DNA of 64,000 bases from Candidatus Binatia bacterium (lineage in GTDB: Bacteria > Desulfobacterota > Binatia > HRBIN30 > BPIQ01), in assembly GCA_026004195.1 (NCBI GenBank), contig BPIQ01000004.1, positions 40,923 to 104,922 on the forward strand, given 5' to 3'. Below are positions 38,506 to 50,184 of this stretch, in pieces; within the stretch, counting starts at the first letter, position 1; every line of letters starts with the position of its first letter. The notes beneath the pieces were generated by a model that did no database searches, was not told the origin of the DNA, and worked only from the letters and a program-made list of their open reading frames with translations. The position numbers were made by a program, and so were the translations under genes.

Positions 38506-38580
38506 CTACGTCGGATACCCGTGCTCTAGCTTCTTCGCTGGCTCGCGCTGGTTGGCGAAGCTCCGTGACTTGCGAACTGC

Positions 38581-39021
38581 TCAAGGGACACAGAGCACCG
38601 GTCGCGTAGCCGCTCGCAGGACACGCTCGGCGGTACTGCCGAAAAGAACCTTTTCGAGCGCTCCGCCCGTACCGCGGCTTCCCACGACGATCAGCCCGCA
38701 GTCGAGATCGTTCGCCACTTTCACGATCTCGACGAAAGGAATCCCTTCGACCACCATTTTTTCGACGCCGGCAGTCTCCCGGCCGGAAAAAAGGATAGCG
38801 AACTCCCTTTCGGCCCTCTCCCTGAGCGTTCGCATCGCTTCGTCGAACGTGGAAAGCCCGAGCTGCTCCACGGAACGGGCCAGCTCCGCATCGACGATGT
38901 GAAGCAGCGTCACGTCGGTTTCCCGCCGGCGCCACGCGAGCACGAGGTCGAAGGCCCGCATGGCGGAAGGCGAGAAATCCATGGCCACGAGAATGGAATC
39001 GGGAAAGGCACCGTCCGGCAT
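38581..39021 (-). CDS. Universal stress protein (UspA family)
   Basis: [16 protein letters not shown] ... [39 protein letters not shown], the Usp ATP-binding pattern. Confidence 0.88.
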   Translation of the reverse strand: MPDGAFPDSILVAMDFSPSAMRAFDLVLAWRRRETDVTLLHIVDAELARSVEQLGLSTFDEAMRTLRERAEREFAILFSGRETAGVEKMVVEGIPFVEIVKVANDLDCGLIVVGSRGTGGALEKVLFGSTAERVLRAATRPVLCVP

Positions 39022-39106
39022 GTCCCGGTTCTTTACACCGACCGGAGGGCCGGGGGAAGCCAGGCCCCTCGTTTTCGGAAAGAGGCCTGGCGAGACCTAA
39101 GAAGTA

Positions 39107-39135
39107 TTGACAAAAGGGCGGCGATACCGTTTAAA
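39107..39135 (+). promoter_or_regulatory. Sigma70-like promoter candidate for lrp-gltBD
   Basis: ttgaca (39107-39112), 17-nt spacer, tttaaa (39130-39135), about 28 nt upstream of ATG 39164. Sequence match only. Confidence 0.3.
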
Positions 39136-39163
39136 AGCCAGGCAAGTTCGGGTACTCCGCCTT

Positions 39164-39697
39164 ATGAAATTAGGAGAGCTCGACAGCATCGACGGCAAGA
39201 TCCTCGGCATGTTGCAAGCGAACTGCAAAATGCCTTGGGGCAAGATCGCGGAACAGGTGGGGCTTTCCGCCCCTTCCGTGATCGAGCGTGTACGAAAGAT
39301 GGAGGAGCGGGGGATCATCCGGGGCTACCATGCGCTCCTCGACGGGCGGTCGCTCGGACTCGACGTGACCGCCTTTATCGGCGTGATCGTGGAGCGCCAC
39401 GAGTCGCTCGAGAGACTCGAGAAGCAGATCGAAGCACTCGCGAACGTGCTCGAATGCCACCACGTGACGGGCGAATACACGCTCCTCCTCAAGGTGAAAA
39501 CTCGCGATACCGCCAGCCTCGAGACTTTGATCCAGCGGATTCGAAAAGTGCCGGGCGTTTCGCGGACGGAAACGATGGTCGTCCTCTCCACGCACACCGA
39601 GCGCGTGCAGCTCCATCTCGAGGAGTCGCCGTTCCTCGACCCGAAACGAAGCCGGCGAACCGAACGCAACTTCGCGGAGGCGAGGGAAGCCAGATGA
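39164..39697 (+). CDS. Lrp/AsnC-family transcriptional regulator
   Basis: [47 protein letters not shown] plus an RAM domain. Its TGA stop overlaps the gltB ATG (atga at 39694-39697). Confidence 0.88.
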   Translation: MKLGELDSIDGKILGMLQANCKMPWGKIAEQVGLSAPSVIERVRKMEERGIIRGYHALLDGRSLGLDVTAFIGVIVERHESLERLEKQIEALANVLECHHVTGEYTLLLKVKTRDTASLETLIQRIRKVPGVSRTETMVVLSTHTERVQLHLEESPFLDPKRSRRTERNFAEAREAR

Positions 39698-42600
39698 GCA
39701 CTTGGCCGAAACAGGGACTCTACGATCCTTTCTACGAGCACGACGCCTGTGGCGTGGGTTTCGTCGTGGACGTGAAAGGACGCAAGTCGCACGACATCGT
39801 GCGCAACGCGCTCACGGTCCTCGACAACCTGACGCATCGCGGAGCCTGCGGCTGCGACCCGCTCACGGGCGACGGAGCCGGGATCCTCCTGCAGATCCCG
39901 GACGACTTTTTCCGCAGGGAATGCGCGCGGCTCAAGATCGACCTCCCCGCCCCCGGGCGCTACGGAGTCGGGATGGTCTTCCTTCCGCGACACCCCGAAC
40001 TCCGGAACGAGTGCGAGCTTCTTTTCGAGCGGATCGTGCACGAGGAAGGCCAGAGGTTTCTCGGCTGGCGTACGGTTCCCGTCGACAAGAGCAAGTGCGG
40101 AGAGCTCGCCCGCAGAGCGCTCCCCGAAATCCGGCAGCTTTTCGTGGCTCCCACGGAAAACACCCGCGATCGGGACCCCTGGGACGCGGAGTGGTTCGAG
40201 CGGAAGCTCTACGTCATCCGGAAGCGGTTCGAGAACGCCGTGCGAGCCATGGGGATCCCCACCGACGAAAGCTGCTACGTCTGCAGCTTTTCCGCCCGAA
40301 CCGTCGTCTACAAGGGACTCCTCATCTCGTGGCAAATCCCGCAGTTCTACGTCGACCTCGCCGACCGCAGCCTCGTCTCGGCCCTCGCCCTGATCCACCA
40401 GCGTTTCAGCACCAACACGTTCCCCTCCTGGGAAAGGGCGCACCCCTACCGCTTCATGGCCCACAACGGCGAGATCAACACGCTGCGGGGCAACATCAAC
40501 TGGATGAAGGCCCGCGAGGCGATGTTCTCCTCGCCCCTTTTCGGGGACGACATGCCGAAGATCCTCCCCGTGATCGACGAGCGGGGGAGCGATTCGCAGA
40601 TTTTCGACAACGCCCTCGAGCTTCTCGTAAGGACGGGGCGTTCGTTGCCCCACGCCATCATGATGATGATCCCCGAGGCGTGGCAGAAACACGAGTCGAT
40701 GAGCGAAACGAAACGGGCCTTCTACGAGTACCACGCCTGCCTCATGGAACCCTGGGACGGGCCCGCCTCGATCGCCTTCACCGACGGGCGCGTCATCGGG
40801 GCGGTACTCGACCGCAACGGGCTCCGTCCGTCCCGCTACGTCGTGACCAAGGGAGGTCTCGTCGTGATGGCCTCGGAGGTCGGCGTCCTCGACATCCCCC
40901 CCGAAGAAGTCGAACACAAGAACCGCCTCCAACCCGGCCGCATGTTCCTCGTCGACCTCGAGGAAGGACGGATCGTCGAGGACGAGGAAATCAAGGAGCG
41001 CATCGCGCGTCGCAAGCCCTACCGGAAGTGGCTCGACGAGAACCTCGTCAAACTGCGCGACCTACCGGAAGCCGATTCCGTTCCCCCGCCTTACGAACCC
41101 GCGACCCTGCGCCGCCGACAGCACGTCTTCGGCTACACGCTCGAAGACCTCCGCATGCTCATCACGCCCATGGCCATCAACGCCCAGGAGGCCGTGGGAT
41201 CGATGGGGAACGACACCCCCCTCGCCTGTCTCTCCGACCGACCCCAGCTTCTCTTCCACTACTTCAAACAACTCTTCGCCCAGGTGACGAACCCTCCCAT
41301 CGACCCCATCCGCGAAGAACTCGTGATGTCCGTGCAGGCGAACATCGGCTCGGAGCAGAACCTCTTCGACGAGACTCCGCTCCACTGCCAGCAGCTCGAG
41401 CTCGAACAGCCGGTCATCACCAACGAAGAGCTCGCCAGAATCAAGAAGCTCGACCGGGGGAACCTCCGTACGATCACCCTGCCCATGCTGTTCGAGGTCG
41501 AACGCGGAGGCGAAGGACTCCGCGAAGCGCTCGACGAGCTCTGCGAGAAAGCGTCCCGGGCCGTCGCGCAGGGCTACACCATCCTCGTCCTCTCCGACCG
41601 GGGGCACGACGAGAAGCTCGCGCCCATCCCGAGCCTTCTCGCCACGGGTGCCGTCCACCACCACCTGATCCGCGAGGGGACGCGGACGAAGTGCGGCATC
41701 GTGGTGGAATCCGGCGAGCCTCGCGAAGTCCACCATTTCTGTCTCCTCATCGGCTACGGTGCCGGCGCCGTGAACCCCTACCTCGCCTTCGAGACGCTGC
41801 ACGACCTGGTCGCCCAGGGGATCCTCAAGTTGGACGCCGGGACCGCCGTCGAACACTACGTCAAGGCCGCCGCCAAGGGCGTGCTCAAGGTCATGACGAA
41901 AATGGGGATCTCGACCGTCCAGAGCTACCGGGGGGCGCAGATTTTCGAGGCCATCGGACTCTCGAGCGAGGTCATCGACCGCTACTTCACCTGGACGACC
42001 TCGCGGATCGAAGGCGTGGGGCTCGACGTCATCGCGCGCGAGTGCCAGATGCGGCACCATCGGGCGTACGAAGAAGCTCCCCGCAACGACGACGAGCTCG
42101 ACCCCGGAGGTTTCTACCAGTGGCGCCGTCGGGGCGAGTACCACATGTTCAACCCCGAAACCGTCGCCAAGCTCCAGCACGCCTGCCGGACGGGGAACTA
42201 CAAGCTTTTCAAGGAATACTCGGCCCTCGTCAACGCGGAAAGCGAGAGGCTCTGCACGATCCGGGGCCTGCTCCGGTTCAAGAAGGGGAATCCGATTCCT
42301 CTCGAAGAGGTCGAGCCCGCGAGCGAAATCGTCAAGCGCTTCAAGACCGGAGCGATGTCGTTCGGCTCGATCAGCAAGGAGGCCCACGAAACCCTCGCCA
42401 TCGCCATGAACCGAATCGGCGGCAAGTCGAACACCGGCGAAGGCGGCGAGGACCCCGAGCGGTTCGTTCCCGATCCGAACGGCGACTGGCGGCGGAGTGC
42501 CATCAAGCAGGTCGCTTCCGGCCGGTTCGGCGTGACGAGCTACTACCTCGTCAACAGCGACGAGATCCAGATCAAGATGGCGCAGGGGGCCAAGCCCGGA

Positions 42601-44232
42601 GAGGGCGGGCAGCTACCCGGCCACAAGGTCGACGAGTACATCGCCAGGATCCGCTACTCCACACCCGGCGTCGGGCTCATCTCGCCTCCGCCCCATCACG
42701 ACATCTACTCCATCGAGGACCTGGCACAGCTCATCCACGACCTGAAGAACTCGAACAACCAGGCACGCATTTCCGTGAAACTCGTCGCGGAGGTGGGTGT
42801 CGGTACGGTGGCGGCGGGCGTGTCCAAGGCCAAGGCGGACGTGGTTCTGATCAGCGGGGACTCGGGCGGTACGGGAGCCTCGCCTCTCACTTCCATCAAA
42901 CACGCCGGCATCCCCTGGGAGCTCGGGCTCTCCGAGACCCAGCAGGTGCTCGTCCTGAACGACCTGCGCGGCCGCATCCGGGTCGAGACGGACGGACAGC
43001 TCAAGACCGGGCGCGACGTCGCGATCGCGGCGCTGCTCGGTGCCGAGGAGTTCGGCTTCGCCACGGCGGCGCTCGTGGCGAGCGGGTGCATCATGATGCG
43101 CGTCTGCCACCTGAACACGTGCCCCGTGGGCATCGCGACGCAGGATCCCGTGCTGCGGAAGAAGTTCGCGGGGAAGCCCGAGCACGTCGTGAATTTCATG
43201 ATGTTCGTCGCCGAGGAACTGCGCGAGATCATGGCGGAGCTCGGATTCCGGACCGTCCAGGAGATGGTGGGGCGCGTGGACATGCTCGAACCCCGCGACC
43301 TGCGCCACCACTGGAAGGCGAAAGGCGTGGATCTGAGCGCGATCCTCCACAAACCGGACGTGGATCCCTCGATCGCCACCAAGTGCGTGACGACGCAGGA
43401 CCACGGCCTCGAGAAAGCTCTCGACAACAAGATCCTCGAGCTCGCCCGACCCGCCTTGGAATCCGGTACGCCCGTGGAATTCTCCCTCCCGATCCGGAAC
43501 ACGAACCGCACCGTCTGCACGATGCTCTCGGCCGAGATCTCCCGGAGGTGGGGCGAGAACGGTCTTCCGCCCGACACGATCCGGATCCACTTCACGGGCT
43601 CGGCCGGCCAGAGCTTCTGCGCTTTTCTCGCCAACGGCGTGTCCGTCACCCTCGAAGGCGACGCGAACGACTACTTCGGCAAAGGGCTTTCGGGCGGCCG
43701 GATCGTGGTCTACCCGCCGAAGGGCTCCACGTTCGTGCCGGAAGAAGAAATCATCGTGGGGAACGTCTCGCTCTACGGCGCTACGGGCGGCGAAGTCTTC
43801 ATCCGGGGTTGCGCCGGGGAGCGCTTTTGCGTCCGGAACAGCGGCGTCACGGCGGTCGTCGAGGGCGTGGGAGACCACGGTTGCGAGTACATGACGCGGG
43901 GAACCGTCGTGGTGCTCGGAAAGACGGGCCGGAACTTCGCCGCGGGCATGAGCGGCGGCGTCGCCTACGTCCTCGACGTCGACGGGCAATTCGAGAGACG
44001 CTGCAACCTGAGCATGGTGGAAATCGACCCGCTCGACGACCAGGACGTCCAGACGCTGCAGACTCTCATCCGGCGCCACTACGACTACACGCAGAGCGCC
44101 CTGGCTTGGCGCGTGCTCTCGGGCTGGAAAGAGTACGCGAAGAGGTTCGCCAAGGTCATGCCGGTGGAGTACCGCAAAGTGCTCGCGGCACAACACCTGG
44201 ACAGCGAGGAAGCGAAGCTCGCGAGCATCTAG
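39694..44232 (+). CDS. gltB: Glutamate synthase large subunit
   Basis: N-terminal amidotransferase start ...[14 protein letters not shown] (Cys nucleophile), FMN domain, and C-terminal GXGXG beta-helix ([34 protein letters not shown]). 1512 aa. Confidence 0.95.
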   Translation: MSTWPKQGLYDPFYEHDACGVGFVVDVKGRKSHDIVRNALTVLDNLTHRGACGCDPLTGDGAGILLQIPDDFFRRECARLKIDLPAPGRYGVGMVFLPRHPELRNECELLFERIVHEEGQRFLGWRTVPVDKSKCGELARRALPEIRQLFVAPTENTRDRDPWDAEWFERKLYVIRKRFENAVRAMGIPTDESCYVCSFSARTVVYKGLLISWQIPQFYVDLADRSLVSALALIHQRFSTNTFPSWERAHPYRFMAHNGEINTLRGNINWMKAREAMFSSPLFGDDMPKILPVIDERGSDSQIFDNALELLVRTGRSLPHAIMMMIPEAWQKHESMSETKRAFYEYHACLMEPWDGPASIAFTDGRVIGAVLDRNGLRPSRYVVTKGGLVVMASEVGVLDIPPEEVEHKNRLQPGRMFLVDLEEGRIVEDEEIKERIARRKPYRKWLDENLVKLRDLPEADSVPPPYEPATLRRRQHVFGYTLEDLRMLITPMAINAQEAVGSMGNDTPLACLSDRPQLLFHYFKQLFAQVTNPPIDPIREELVMSVQANIGSEQNLFDETPLHCQQLELEQPVITNEELARIKKLDRGNLRTITLPMLFEVERGGEGLREALDELCEKASRAVAQGYTILVLSDRGHDEKLAPIPSLLATGAVHHHLIREGTRTKCGIVVESGEPREVHHFCLLIGYGAGAVNPYLAFETLHDLVAQGILKLDAGTAVEHYVKAAAKGVLKVMTKMGISTVQSYRGAQIFEAIGLSSEVIDRYFTWTTSRIEGVGLDVIARECQMRHHRAYEEAPRNDDELDPGGFYQWRRRGEYHMFNPETVAKLQHACRTGNYKLFKEYSALVNAESERLCTIRGLLRFKKGNPIPLEEVEPASEIVKRFKTGAMSFGSISKEAHETLAIAMNRIGGKSNTGEGGEDPERFVPDPNGDWRRSAIKQVASGRFGVTSYYLVNSDEIQIKMAQGAKPGEGGQLPGHKVDEYIARIRYSTPGVGLISPPPHHDIYSIEDLAQLIHDLKNSNNQARISVKLVAEVGVGTVAAGVSKAKADVVLISGDSGGTGASPLTSIKHAGIPWELGLSETQQVLVLNDLRGRIRVETDGQLKTGRDVAIAALLGAEEFGFATAALVASGCIMMRVCHLNTCPVGIATQDPVLRKKFAGKPEHVVNFMMFVAEELREIMAELGFRTVQEMVGRVDMLEPRDLRHHWKAKGVDLSAILHKPDVDPSIATKCVTTQDHGLEKALDNKILELARPALESGTPVEFSLPIRNTNRTVCTMLSAEISRRWGENGLPPDTIRIHFTGSAGQSFCAFLANGVSVTLEGDANDYFGKGLSGGRIVVYPPKGSTFVPEEEIIVGNVSLYGATGGEVFIRGCAGERFCVRNSGVTAVVEGVGDHGCEYMTRGTVVVLGKTGRNFAAGMSGGVAYVLDVDGQFERRCNLSMVEIDPLDDQDVQTLQTLIRRHYDYTQSALAWRVLSGWKEYAKRFAKVMPVEYRKVLAAQHLDSEEAKLASI

Positions 44233-44235
44233 GCC

Positions 44236-45687
44236 ATGGGCAAGGTCACGGGATTTCTCGATTACCGCCGCGAACTGCCGCCGCGCCGCCCCGTGCCGGA
44301 GCGGCTCCGGGACTGGAAAGAGCTCGAGGGAAAGCACCCCGAGGACAAGCTGCAGGTCCAGGCGGCCCGCTGCATGGACTGCGGCATCCCCTTCTGCCAC
44401 AAGGGCTGCCCCCTCGGGAACATCATCCCGGACTGGAACGACCTCGTCTACCGCAACCGCTGGCGCGAAGCCATCGTGCGGCTCCACTCGACGAACAACT
44501 TCCCGGAGTTCACGGGTCGCGTCTGTCCCGCGCCCTGCGAAGAGGCCTGCGTGCTCAACATCAACGACGACCCGGTCACGATCAAGCAGATCGAAAAGCA
44601 GATCATCGAACACGCTTTCCGCGAAGGCTGGATCGTGCCCCAGATTCCGCCCAGGCGCACCGGGAAGAAAATCGCCGTCGTGGGCTCGGGTCCGGCCGGT
44701 CTCGCCTGTGCGCAGCAGCTCGCGCGAGCGGGTCACCTCGTCACGGTCTTCGAACGGGCCGACCGTATCGGCGGGCTTCTCCGCTACGGCATTCCCGACT
44801 TCAAGATGGAAAAGTGGCTCATCGACCGCCGCCTCCGCCAGATGGAGGCCGAAGGCGTCACCTTCTGCCCGAGCACGAACGTGGGCTTCGACGTCCCGAC
44901 GGCCACGCTACGGAAGGAGTTCGACGCGATCGTGCTCGCCGGGGGCGCGACCAAGGCGCGCGACCTGCCGATTCCCGGCCGGGAGCTCGAAGGCATCCAC
45001 CTCGCCATGGAGTATTTGCCGCAACAGAACAAGGTCGTCGCCGGCGACCGGATTCCGAACCAGATCACGGCCAGGGGAAAGCGGGTGATCATCCTCGGCG
45101 GCGGCGACACGGGCTCGGACTGCCTCGGCACCGCGAACCGCCAGGGAGCCGTGTCCGTCCACCAGTTCGAGCTGCTTCCGAAACCGCCCTTCACGCGGAC
45201 CGACGGCGTCGCGCCGTGGCCCTACTGGCCGATGATCCTGCGCACCTCGAGCTCCCACGAGGAGGGCTGCATCCGCGACTGGAGCATCCAGACCAAGGCG
45301 TTTTCCGGGGACGCGTCGGGTCACGTGAGAAAACTCCACGCGGTTCGTCTCGAGTGGTACAGGGACGCCAGCGGAAGGATGCACATGAGGGAAGTCCCCG
45401 GGTCGGAGTTCGAACTCGAGTGCGACCTCGTTCTTCTGGCTCTCGGCTTCCTCGGGCCCGAAACGCGGGGGCCGATCGAGGACCTGGGGCTCGAGCTGAC
45501 CGAACGCGGCAACGTCGCCGTCGACAAGAACTACATGACGAGCGTTCCCGGCGTCTTTTCCTGCGGCGACATGCGGAGAGGTCAGTCCCTCGTCGTCTGG
45601 GCGATCTGGGAAGGCCGGGAGTGCGCCCGCTGCGTCGACGAATACCTGATGGGGCACACGGACCTTCCGACGAGCCCCGATTGGTGA
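44236..45687 (+). CDS. gltD: Glutamate synthase small subunit (NAD(P)H-dependent)
   Basis: Fe-S motifs [15 protein letters not shown] and CPAPCE; Rossmann motif [15 protein letters not shown]. Confidence 0.93.
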   Translation: MGKVTGFLDYRRELPPRRPVPERLRDWKELEGKHPEDKLQVQAARCMDCGIPFCHKGCPLGNIIPDWNDLVYRNRWREAIVRLHSTNNFPEFTGRVCPAPCEEACVLNINDDPVTIKQIEKQIIEHAFREGWIVPQIPPRRTGKKIAVVGSGPAGLACAQQLARAGHLVTVFERADRIGGLLRYGIPDFKMEKWLIDRRLRQMEAEGVTFCPSTNVGFDVPTATLRKEFDAIVLAGGATKARDLPIPGRELEGIHLAMEYLPQQNKVVAGDRIPNQITARGKRVIILGGGDTGSDCLGTANRQGAVSVHQFELLPKPPFTRTDGVAPWPYWPMILRTSSSHEEGCIRDWSIQTKAFSGDASGHVRKLHAVRLEWYRDASGRMHMREVPGSEFELECDLVLLALGFLGPETRGPIEDLGLELTERGNVAVDKNYMTSVPGVFSCGDMRRGQSLVVWAIWEGRECARCVDEYLMGHTDLPTSPDW

Positions 45688-45694
45688 CGCGGAC

Positions 45695-45883
45695 TTGCGT
45701 CTGCTGACCGCCCACAGAATCCTCATCGTCGCCGCCGTCCTGTGCTTCGCCTTCTACGCGGCCTGGGAGCTCCGCGGGTTCGCGAGAGGCGCCGGTGGCG
45801 GCGCTCTCGGACGCTCGCTCGGCGCGGCCTTGGCCGCGGTCGCCTTCGCCCTCTACTACCGGAAGATCCGGACGTGGCGGTAG
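45695..45883 (+). CDS. Small two-TM membrane protein (62 aa), hypothetical
   Basis: TTG start 8 nt after the gltD stop, GC3-rich codons, two hydrophobic helices (ILIVAAVLCFAFYAAW; LGAALAAVAFALYY). Confidence 0.4.
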   Translation: MRLLTAHRILIVAAVLCFAFYAAWELRGFARGAGGGALGRSLGAALAAVAFALYYRKIRTWR

Positions 45884-46012
45884 CGCTCGCGGCACGGGGC
45901 GGCGGCGCTCGGGATTTGACGCCGGCCCGTCCGACCGGCTAACGGCGAACCGGTCCCGCCGTCGCTCCGTGCCGGAGCGACGCGAAAAACCAGGACGAGG
46001 AGGGAGGAGACG

Positions 46013-47743
46013 ATGCTACGTGCGCGCCAGCTCTGCGTTCTTTGGGCCCTGGGTTGGTTTCTCTGCCCCGCCGGGAGGCTCGCCGCGGCACAAGAAACCG
46101 CGCCCCCGGAAGTCGTCCTCGAGGCACGCACCCCGCAGTCCGCCATGCACGCGTACCTCGAGGCGGCGCGGGCCGGCGACTGGGAGAAGGCCGCGGAGTT
46201 CCTCGACACGAGGGCGCTTCCCCCGGCCGTCCGCAAGCTACCCCCGACCACGCTCGCACGTCAGCTCAAGGTCGTCCTCGACCGGACCCTCTGGGTCGAC
46301 CTCGGAGCCTTGAGCGACGAGCCCGAGGGGTTCCGGGACGACGGGCTCCCGAAAAATCGGGACCTCGTCGGCACGATCACGCTCGACAAGAAGAAAGTCC
46401 CCGTGCTCCTCGAACGCCTGCCGGGTCCCGAAGGGACGCGGGTGTGGCGCATCTCGTCGGCGACCGTGGCGCAGATTCCGACCCTTTACGAGGCCTTCGG
46501 CTACGGAAAGCTCGGGGAGATCTTGCCCCCGCTGTTTTTCGAGTTTCGGTTGGCCGAGGTACAGCTCTGGCAGTGGATCGCGCTGCTCGGGCTCGTGGTG
46601 CTCTCCGCCGTCTTCTCCTGGATCCTCACGGTGGCCGTCTTCCGCCTGCTCCAGACGATCGTCGCCAGGTCGAAAACCGAGATCGACGACCGCCTTCTCG
46701 CACTGGCCGCCTCTCCGTTCCGGCTTCTCGTCGCCGTGGCCCTCTTCGCGCTCGGGACGGCTCCCCTCGGCCTCGCGCTTCCCGTCGAAAGAACCCTCGG
46801 CGGGCTCGAGAAGGCTCTCGCCATCGTCGCCGTCACCTGGCTTCTTGCGCGGCTCGTCGACCTCCTCGCCCAGGCCGCACAGGACCGGCTTACCGCCCGC
46901 GGCCAGACGCTCGCGCTTTCGGTCCTGCCGCTCGGGAGGCGTGTCGTCAAGGTGCTCGTCGTCTTTCTCGCTCTCCTCGCGGCGCTCCAGAACTTCGGAA
47001 TCAACGTGACGGGGGTGCTCGCGGGTCTCGGCATCGGAGGTCTCGCCGTGGCGCTCGCGGCGCAGAAAACCGTCGAGAACGTTTTCGGGGGGCTCACCTT
47101 GATTCTCGACCAGCCGGTCCGCGTCGGCGATTTCTGCCGTTTCGGGGACCGGGTGGGCACGGTGGAAGACGTCGGCCTCCGCTCGACGCGAATCCGCACG
47201 CTCGACCGCACCGTGGTCACGATTCCGAACGCCGACTTCTCCGGCATGCAGCTCGAGAACTTCGCGCGCCGCGACCGCATCTGGTACCACCCCAAAATCG
47301 GCCTCCGATACGAGACCTCGCCGGACCAGCTTCGCTACGTGCTCGTCGAGATCAAAAAAATGCTCGTCGCACACCCGAAGGTGGAAAAGGACCCGGCCCG
47401 GATTCGCTTCGTGGGATTCGGGGCCTGCTCGCTCGACCTCGAAATCTTCGCCTACATCCGGACGAACGACTACAACGAGTTTCTCGCGATCCAGGAAGAC
47501 CTGAACCTGCGGATCATGGACATCGTGGCCGCGAGCGGCACCGGCTTCGCGTTCCCGTCGCAGACCGCGTACCTGGCGACCGACTCGGGGCTCGATGTGG
47601 AGCGGACCGAACGCGCCGTCCGGCAGGTCCGGGAGTGGAAGGCCCGCAAAGCCCTCGCCCTTCCCAACCTGCCCCCCGAAGAACTCGCCAGGCTCGCCGA
47701 CACGCTCGACTACCCACCCGAGGGTTCGGCCCTCAGGGGGTGA
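46013..47743 (+). CDS. MscS-family mechanosensitive channel with periplasmic N-domain
   Basis: Signal peptide, several TM helices, and the MscS core FGGLTLILDQPVRVGDFCRFGDRVGTVEDVGLRSTRIRTLDRTVVTIPN. Confidence 0.88.
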   Translation: MLRARQLCVLWALGWFLCPAGRLAAAQETAPPEVVLEARTPQSAMHAYLEAARAGDWEKAAEFLDTRALPPAVRKLPPTTLARQLKVVLDRTLWVDLGALSDEPEGFRDDGLPKNRDLVGTITLDKKKVPVLLERLPGPEGTRVWRISSATVAQIPTLYEAFGYGKLGEILPPLFFEFRLAEVQLWQWIALLGLVVLSAVFSWILTVAVFRLLQTIVARSKTEIDDRLLALAASPFRLLVAVALFALGTAPLGLALPVERTLGGLEKALAIVAVTWLLARLVDLLAQAAQDRLTARGQTLALSVLPLGRRVVKVLVVFLALLAALQNFGINVTGVLAGLGIGGLAVALAAQKTVENVFGGLTLILDQPVRVGDFCRFGDRVGTVEDVGLRSTRIRTLDRTVVTIPNADFSGMQLENFARRDRIWYHPKIGLRYETSPDQLRYVLVEIKKMLVAHPKVEKDPARIRFVGFGACSLDLEIFAYIRTNDYNEFLAIQEDLNLRIMDIVAASGTGFAFPSQTAYLATDSGLDVERTERAVRQVREWKARKALALPNLPPEELARLADTLDYPPEGSALRG

Positions 47744-47837
47744 GCTGCGGGGCCCGAGACGGGCAAATGCGGGCCGGGAGAGGGCACGGGGCGGCGGCGC
47801 GGTGGCGGAAGGGACCCTCGTCCGTCGGGCTCGCGCC

Positions 47838-50057
47838 TCAGCTCGGGCGCACGGCGGGCCTCTTCGCCACCCAGCGGAGCAGCGTGTGGACCGCTTCCAC
47901 GTTCGGTAGCCTGTGCGTCGCCGCGCTCAGCGTGTCCGCTCTTCCGACCCGGAACGTGATGCCGAGACCCGAAAGAATGCGGAACGCGTCCTCGTCCGTT
48001 TCGTCGTCTCCGGCGTAGACGACGCGAACGCGTTCCGACCATGCAGGGCCGTAGAGGCTCCGGACGATGTGCAAGACGGCGTGTCCTTTGTCCCAGCCGA
48101 TCGGTGGCCGGCCTTCCACGGCGAGGTGAGCGCCGCGTGCCTGGAAGCCCGACTGCACGATGGCCTCGCGGACCCGCGCCACGAGTGCTTCTCGTTCCTC
48201 CCTCGGAACCCCACGGTAGTGAAACGTGAGCGTGGCCCCCTTGCGCTCCACCCAGGCCCCGGGGCGAGCCAGCGTTTCCAGTTTTCTCGCGAGCTCCCCG
48301 AGCCGCGCCTGGTAGAGCGGCAGGTCCGGGTGCCGGAAAGGAGCGAGCCCCGGTCCCTCGATCTCCATCCCGTGGTTCCCGGCGTAGTAGAGACGGTCGT
48401 CTCCCACGAGCGCCTTCACGTCCTCGAGGCTCCGGCCGCTCACGATCGCCACTTTCGTGTCGCGCCGGCGGACGCACGCGCCCAGCAAACGCTTGGCTTC
48501 GGCGGACAGTGTCGCCCGCCTCGGGTCGTCCACCAGAGGCGTCAACGTCCCGTCGTAGTCGAGGAAGAGCACGAGCGGGTACCGGGAAAGAAAAGGCCGG
48601 AGCCAGCGGTCGAAGTCCTGCTCGCTCGGCGGAGCCAGAGTGGCCGGCCCCGCCGTCGCCGCGCGAAGGAAGTCGTCGAGCCAGGCTCCGAGGTCGTACT
48701 GTCGCTCGCGACGGCGAAGCGCGACCATCCTCGAGCGGCGTTCGGCCTCGTCCATCGTGAGAGCCCGGTGGAGCGCCTCCGCCGTGGCATCGATGTCGTA
48801 AGGGTTCACCTGGATGGCCTCGTGCATGGTTTCCGCCGAACCCGCGAGGTAAGAAAGGACGAGCACCCCGGGGTGCGAGACCTGGCAGGCCACGAACTCC
48901 TTGGCCACGAGGTTCATGCCGTCCCGCAGCGGGGTCACGAGTGCGACGTCCGCATCACGATACAGGGCGGCCAGTCGCTCGGCCGAAACCGAGCGGTAGA
49001 GGTAACGCACCGGGGACCACGTCGCCGTGGCGAAGCGTCCGTTGATCCGACCGACGAGCTCGTCGATGCGCCGCTTGAGCTGGCGGTATTCGCTCATCTC
49101 GAAGCGGCTCGGCACGGCGAGCTCCAAAAAGACGACTTTCCCCTGGTGTTCGGGGTGGGTTTCGAGAAGCCGCTCGAATGCCAGCAGCCTTTCCGGGATT
49201 CCCTTCGTGTAATCCAGCCGATCCACCCCGAGAATCACCTTTTCGCGACGCGGCGACAGGGGACGGGGCGCGCGCAGCGCGATCTGCTCGAATCTCTCGA
49301 AGTCGATGCCGATCGGAAACGCGCCCACGCGAACGGTCCTCTCGCCGTACTCGACCAGCATGGCGTCCCGGTCCACGCGGACACCGAGCAATTTTTCGAC
49401 GCAGTCGAGAAAATTGCGGGCGTAGTTCCGGACGTGGAAACCGACCAGGTCCGCACCGAGCATGCCGCGGAGCACTTCGCGGTCCCAGGGGAGGAGGCGA
49501 AAAATGTCGAAAGGGGGGAACGGGATGTGGAGAAAAAACGCGATCGGCACGTCGACCTCGGCGGCTCGCAAAAATTGCGGGCACAAAAGGAGGTGGTAGT
49601 CGTGGACCCAGACGAGCCCGATCTCGCGAGCGCTTCTCGCCGCTGCCTCGGCGAACCGAGCGTTCACCCGCTCGTAGGCTTCCCACTCTCCTCGATTGAA
49701 CCGCGTCCGCGCCACGAAACAGTGGAACAGGGGCCAGAGCGTCCGGTTCGAAAAGCCGTGGTAGTAGGAGTTGACCTCCGCCGCCGAAAGGCGCACGGCC
49801 TCCATTTCGTAGCGATCCCCACTCCAGACATCCTCGCCCGAACGTAGCTCGGCCCCGGCCCACCCGATCCAGCGTCCGCCGTGCCGCAGCAGGACCGGTT
49901 CGAGAGCCGAAACGAGTCCTCCCGAAGACCTCCGGCCTTCGAGCCCCCTCGGGCCCCGAAGCACGGTGACCGGAAGCCGGTTGCTCACGATGACCAGCGG
50001 ACGGTCGGGAGCGGGACCCACCAGGCTCGATTTGGCTTGCGATGTCCGCGTTTCCAT
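47838..50057 (-). CDS. otsA: Bifunctional trehalose-6-phosphate synthase (GT20) / trehalose-6-phosphate phosphatase (HAD) fusion
   Basis: ATG 50057. [10 protein letters not shown]...[11 protein letters not shown] (OtsA) and C-terminal [13 protein letters not shown]...[14 protein letters not shown]-like HAD motifs (OtsB). Confidence 0.88.
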   Translation of the reverse strand: METRTSQAKSSLVGPAPDRPLVIVSNRLPVTVLRGPRGLEGRRSSGGLVSALEPVLLRHGGRWIGWAGAELRSGEDVWSGDRYEMEAVRLSAAEVNSYYHGFSNRTLWPLFHCFVARTRFNRGEWEAYERVNARFAEAAARSAREIGLVWVHDYHLLLCPQFLRAAEVDVPIAFFLHIPFPPFDIFRLLPWDREVLRGMLGADLVGFHVRNYARNFLDCVEKLLGVRVDRDAMLVEYGERTVRVGAFPIGIDFERFEQIALRAPRPLSPRREKVILGVDRLDYTKGIPERLLAFERLLETHPEHQGKVVFLELAVPSRFEMSEYRQLKRRIDELVGRINGRFATATWSPVRYLYRSVSAERLAALYRDADVALVTPLRDGMNLVAKEFVACQVSHPGVLVLSYLAGSAETMHEAIQVNPYDIDATAEALHRALTMDEAERRSRMVALRRRERQYDLGAWLDDFLRAATAGPATLAPPSEQDFDRWLRPFLSRYPLVLFLDYDGTLTPLVDDPRRATLSAEAKRLLGACVRRRDTKVAIVSGRSLEDVKALVGDDRLYYAGNHGMEIEGPGLAPFRHPDLPLYQARLGELARKLETLARPGAWVERKGATLTFHYRGVPREEREALVARVREAIVQSGFQARGAHLAVEGRPPIGWDKGHAVLHIVRSLYGPAWSERVRVVYAGDDETDEDAFRILSGLGITFRVGRADTLSAATHRLPNVEAVHTLLRWVAKRPAVRPS

Positions 50058-50184
50058 CGTCTCGCGCAGGGCTCTCCCCCGCCGCCGTGGAGCGCCCCCC
50101 CAAGACGCGCATACTTTGCCCCAGACCGACGGAGGCCGCAACGGCCGCCGGTGCGCCGCCTTCCGGGGAGCCTGACGGAAGCCG

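Noticed and set aside
39702-45707. 2001-aa ORF on the plus strand spanning gltB and gltD
   Set aside because: It is an alternative frame of two clearly identified genes. The translation is Arg/Pro/Gly-rich with no motifs, which is typical of open off-frames in GC-rich DNA.
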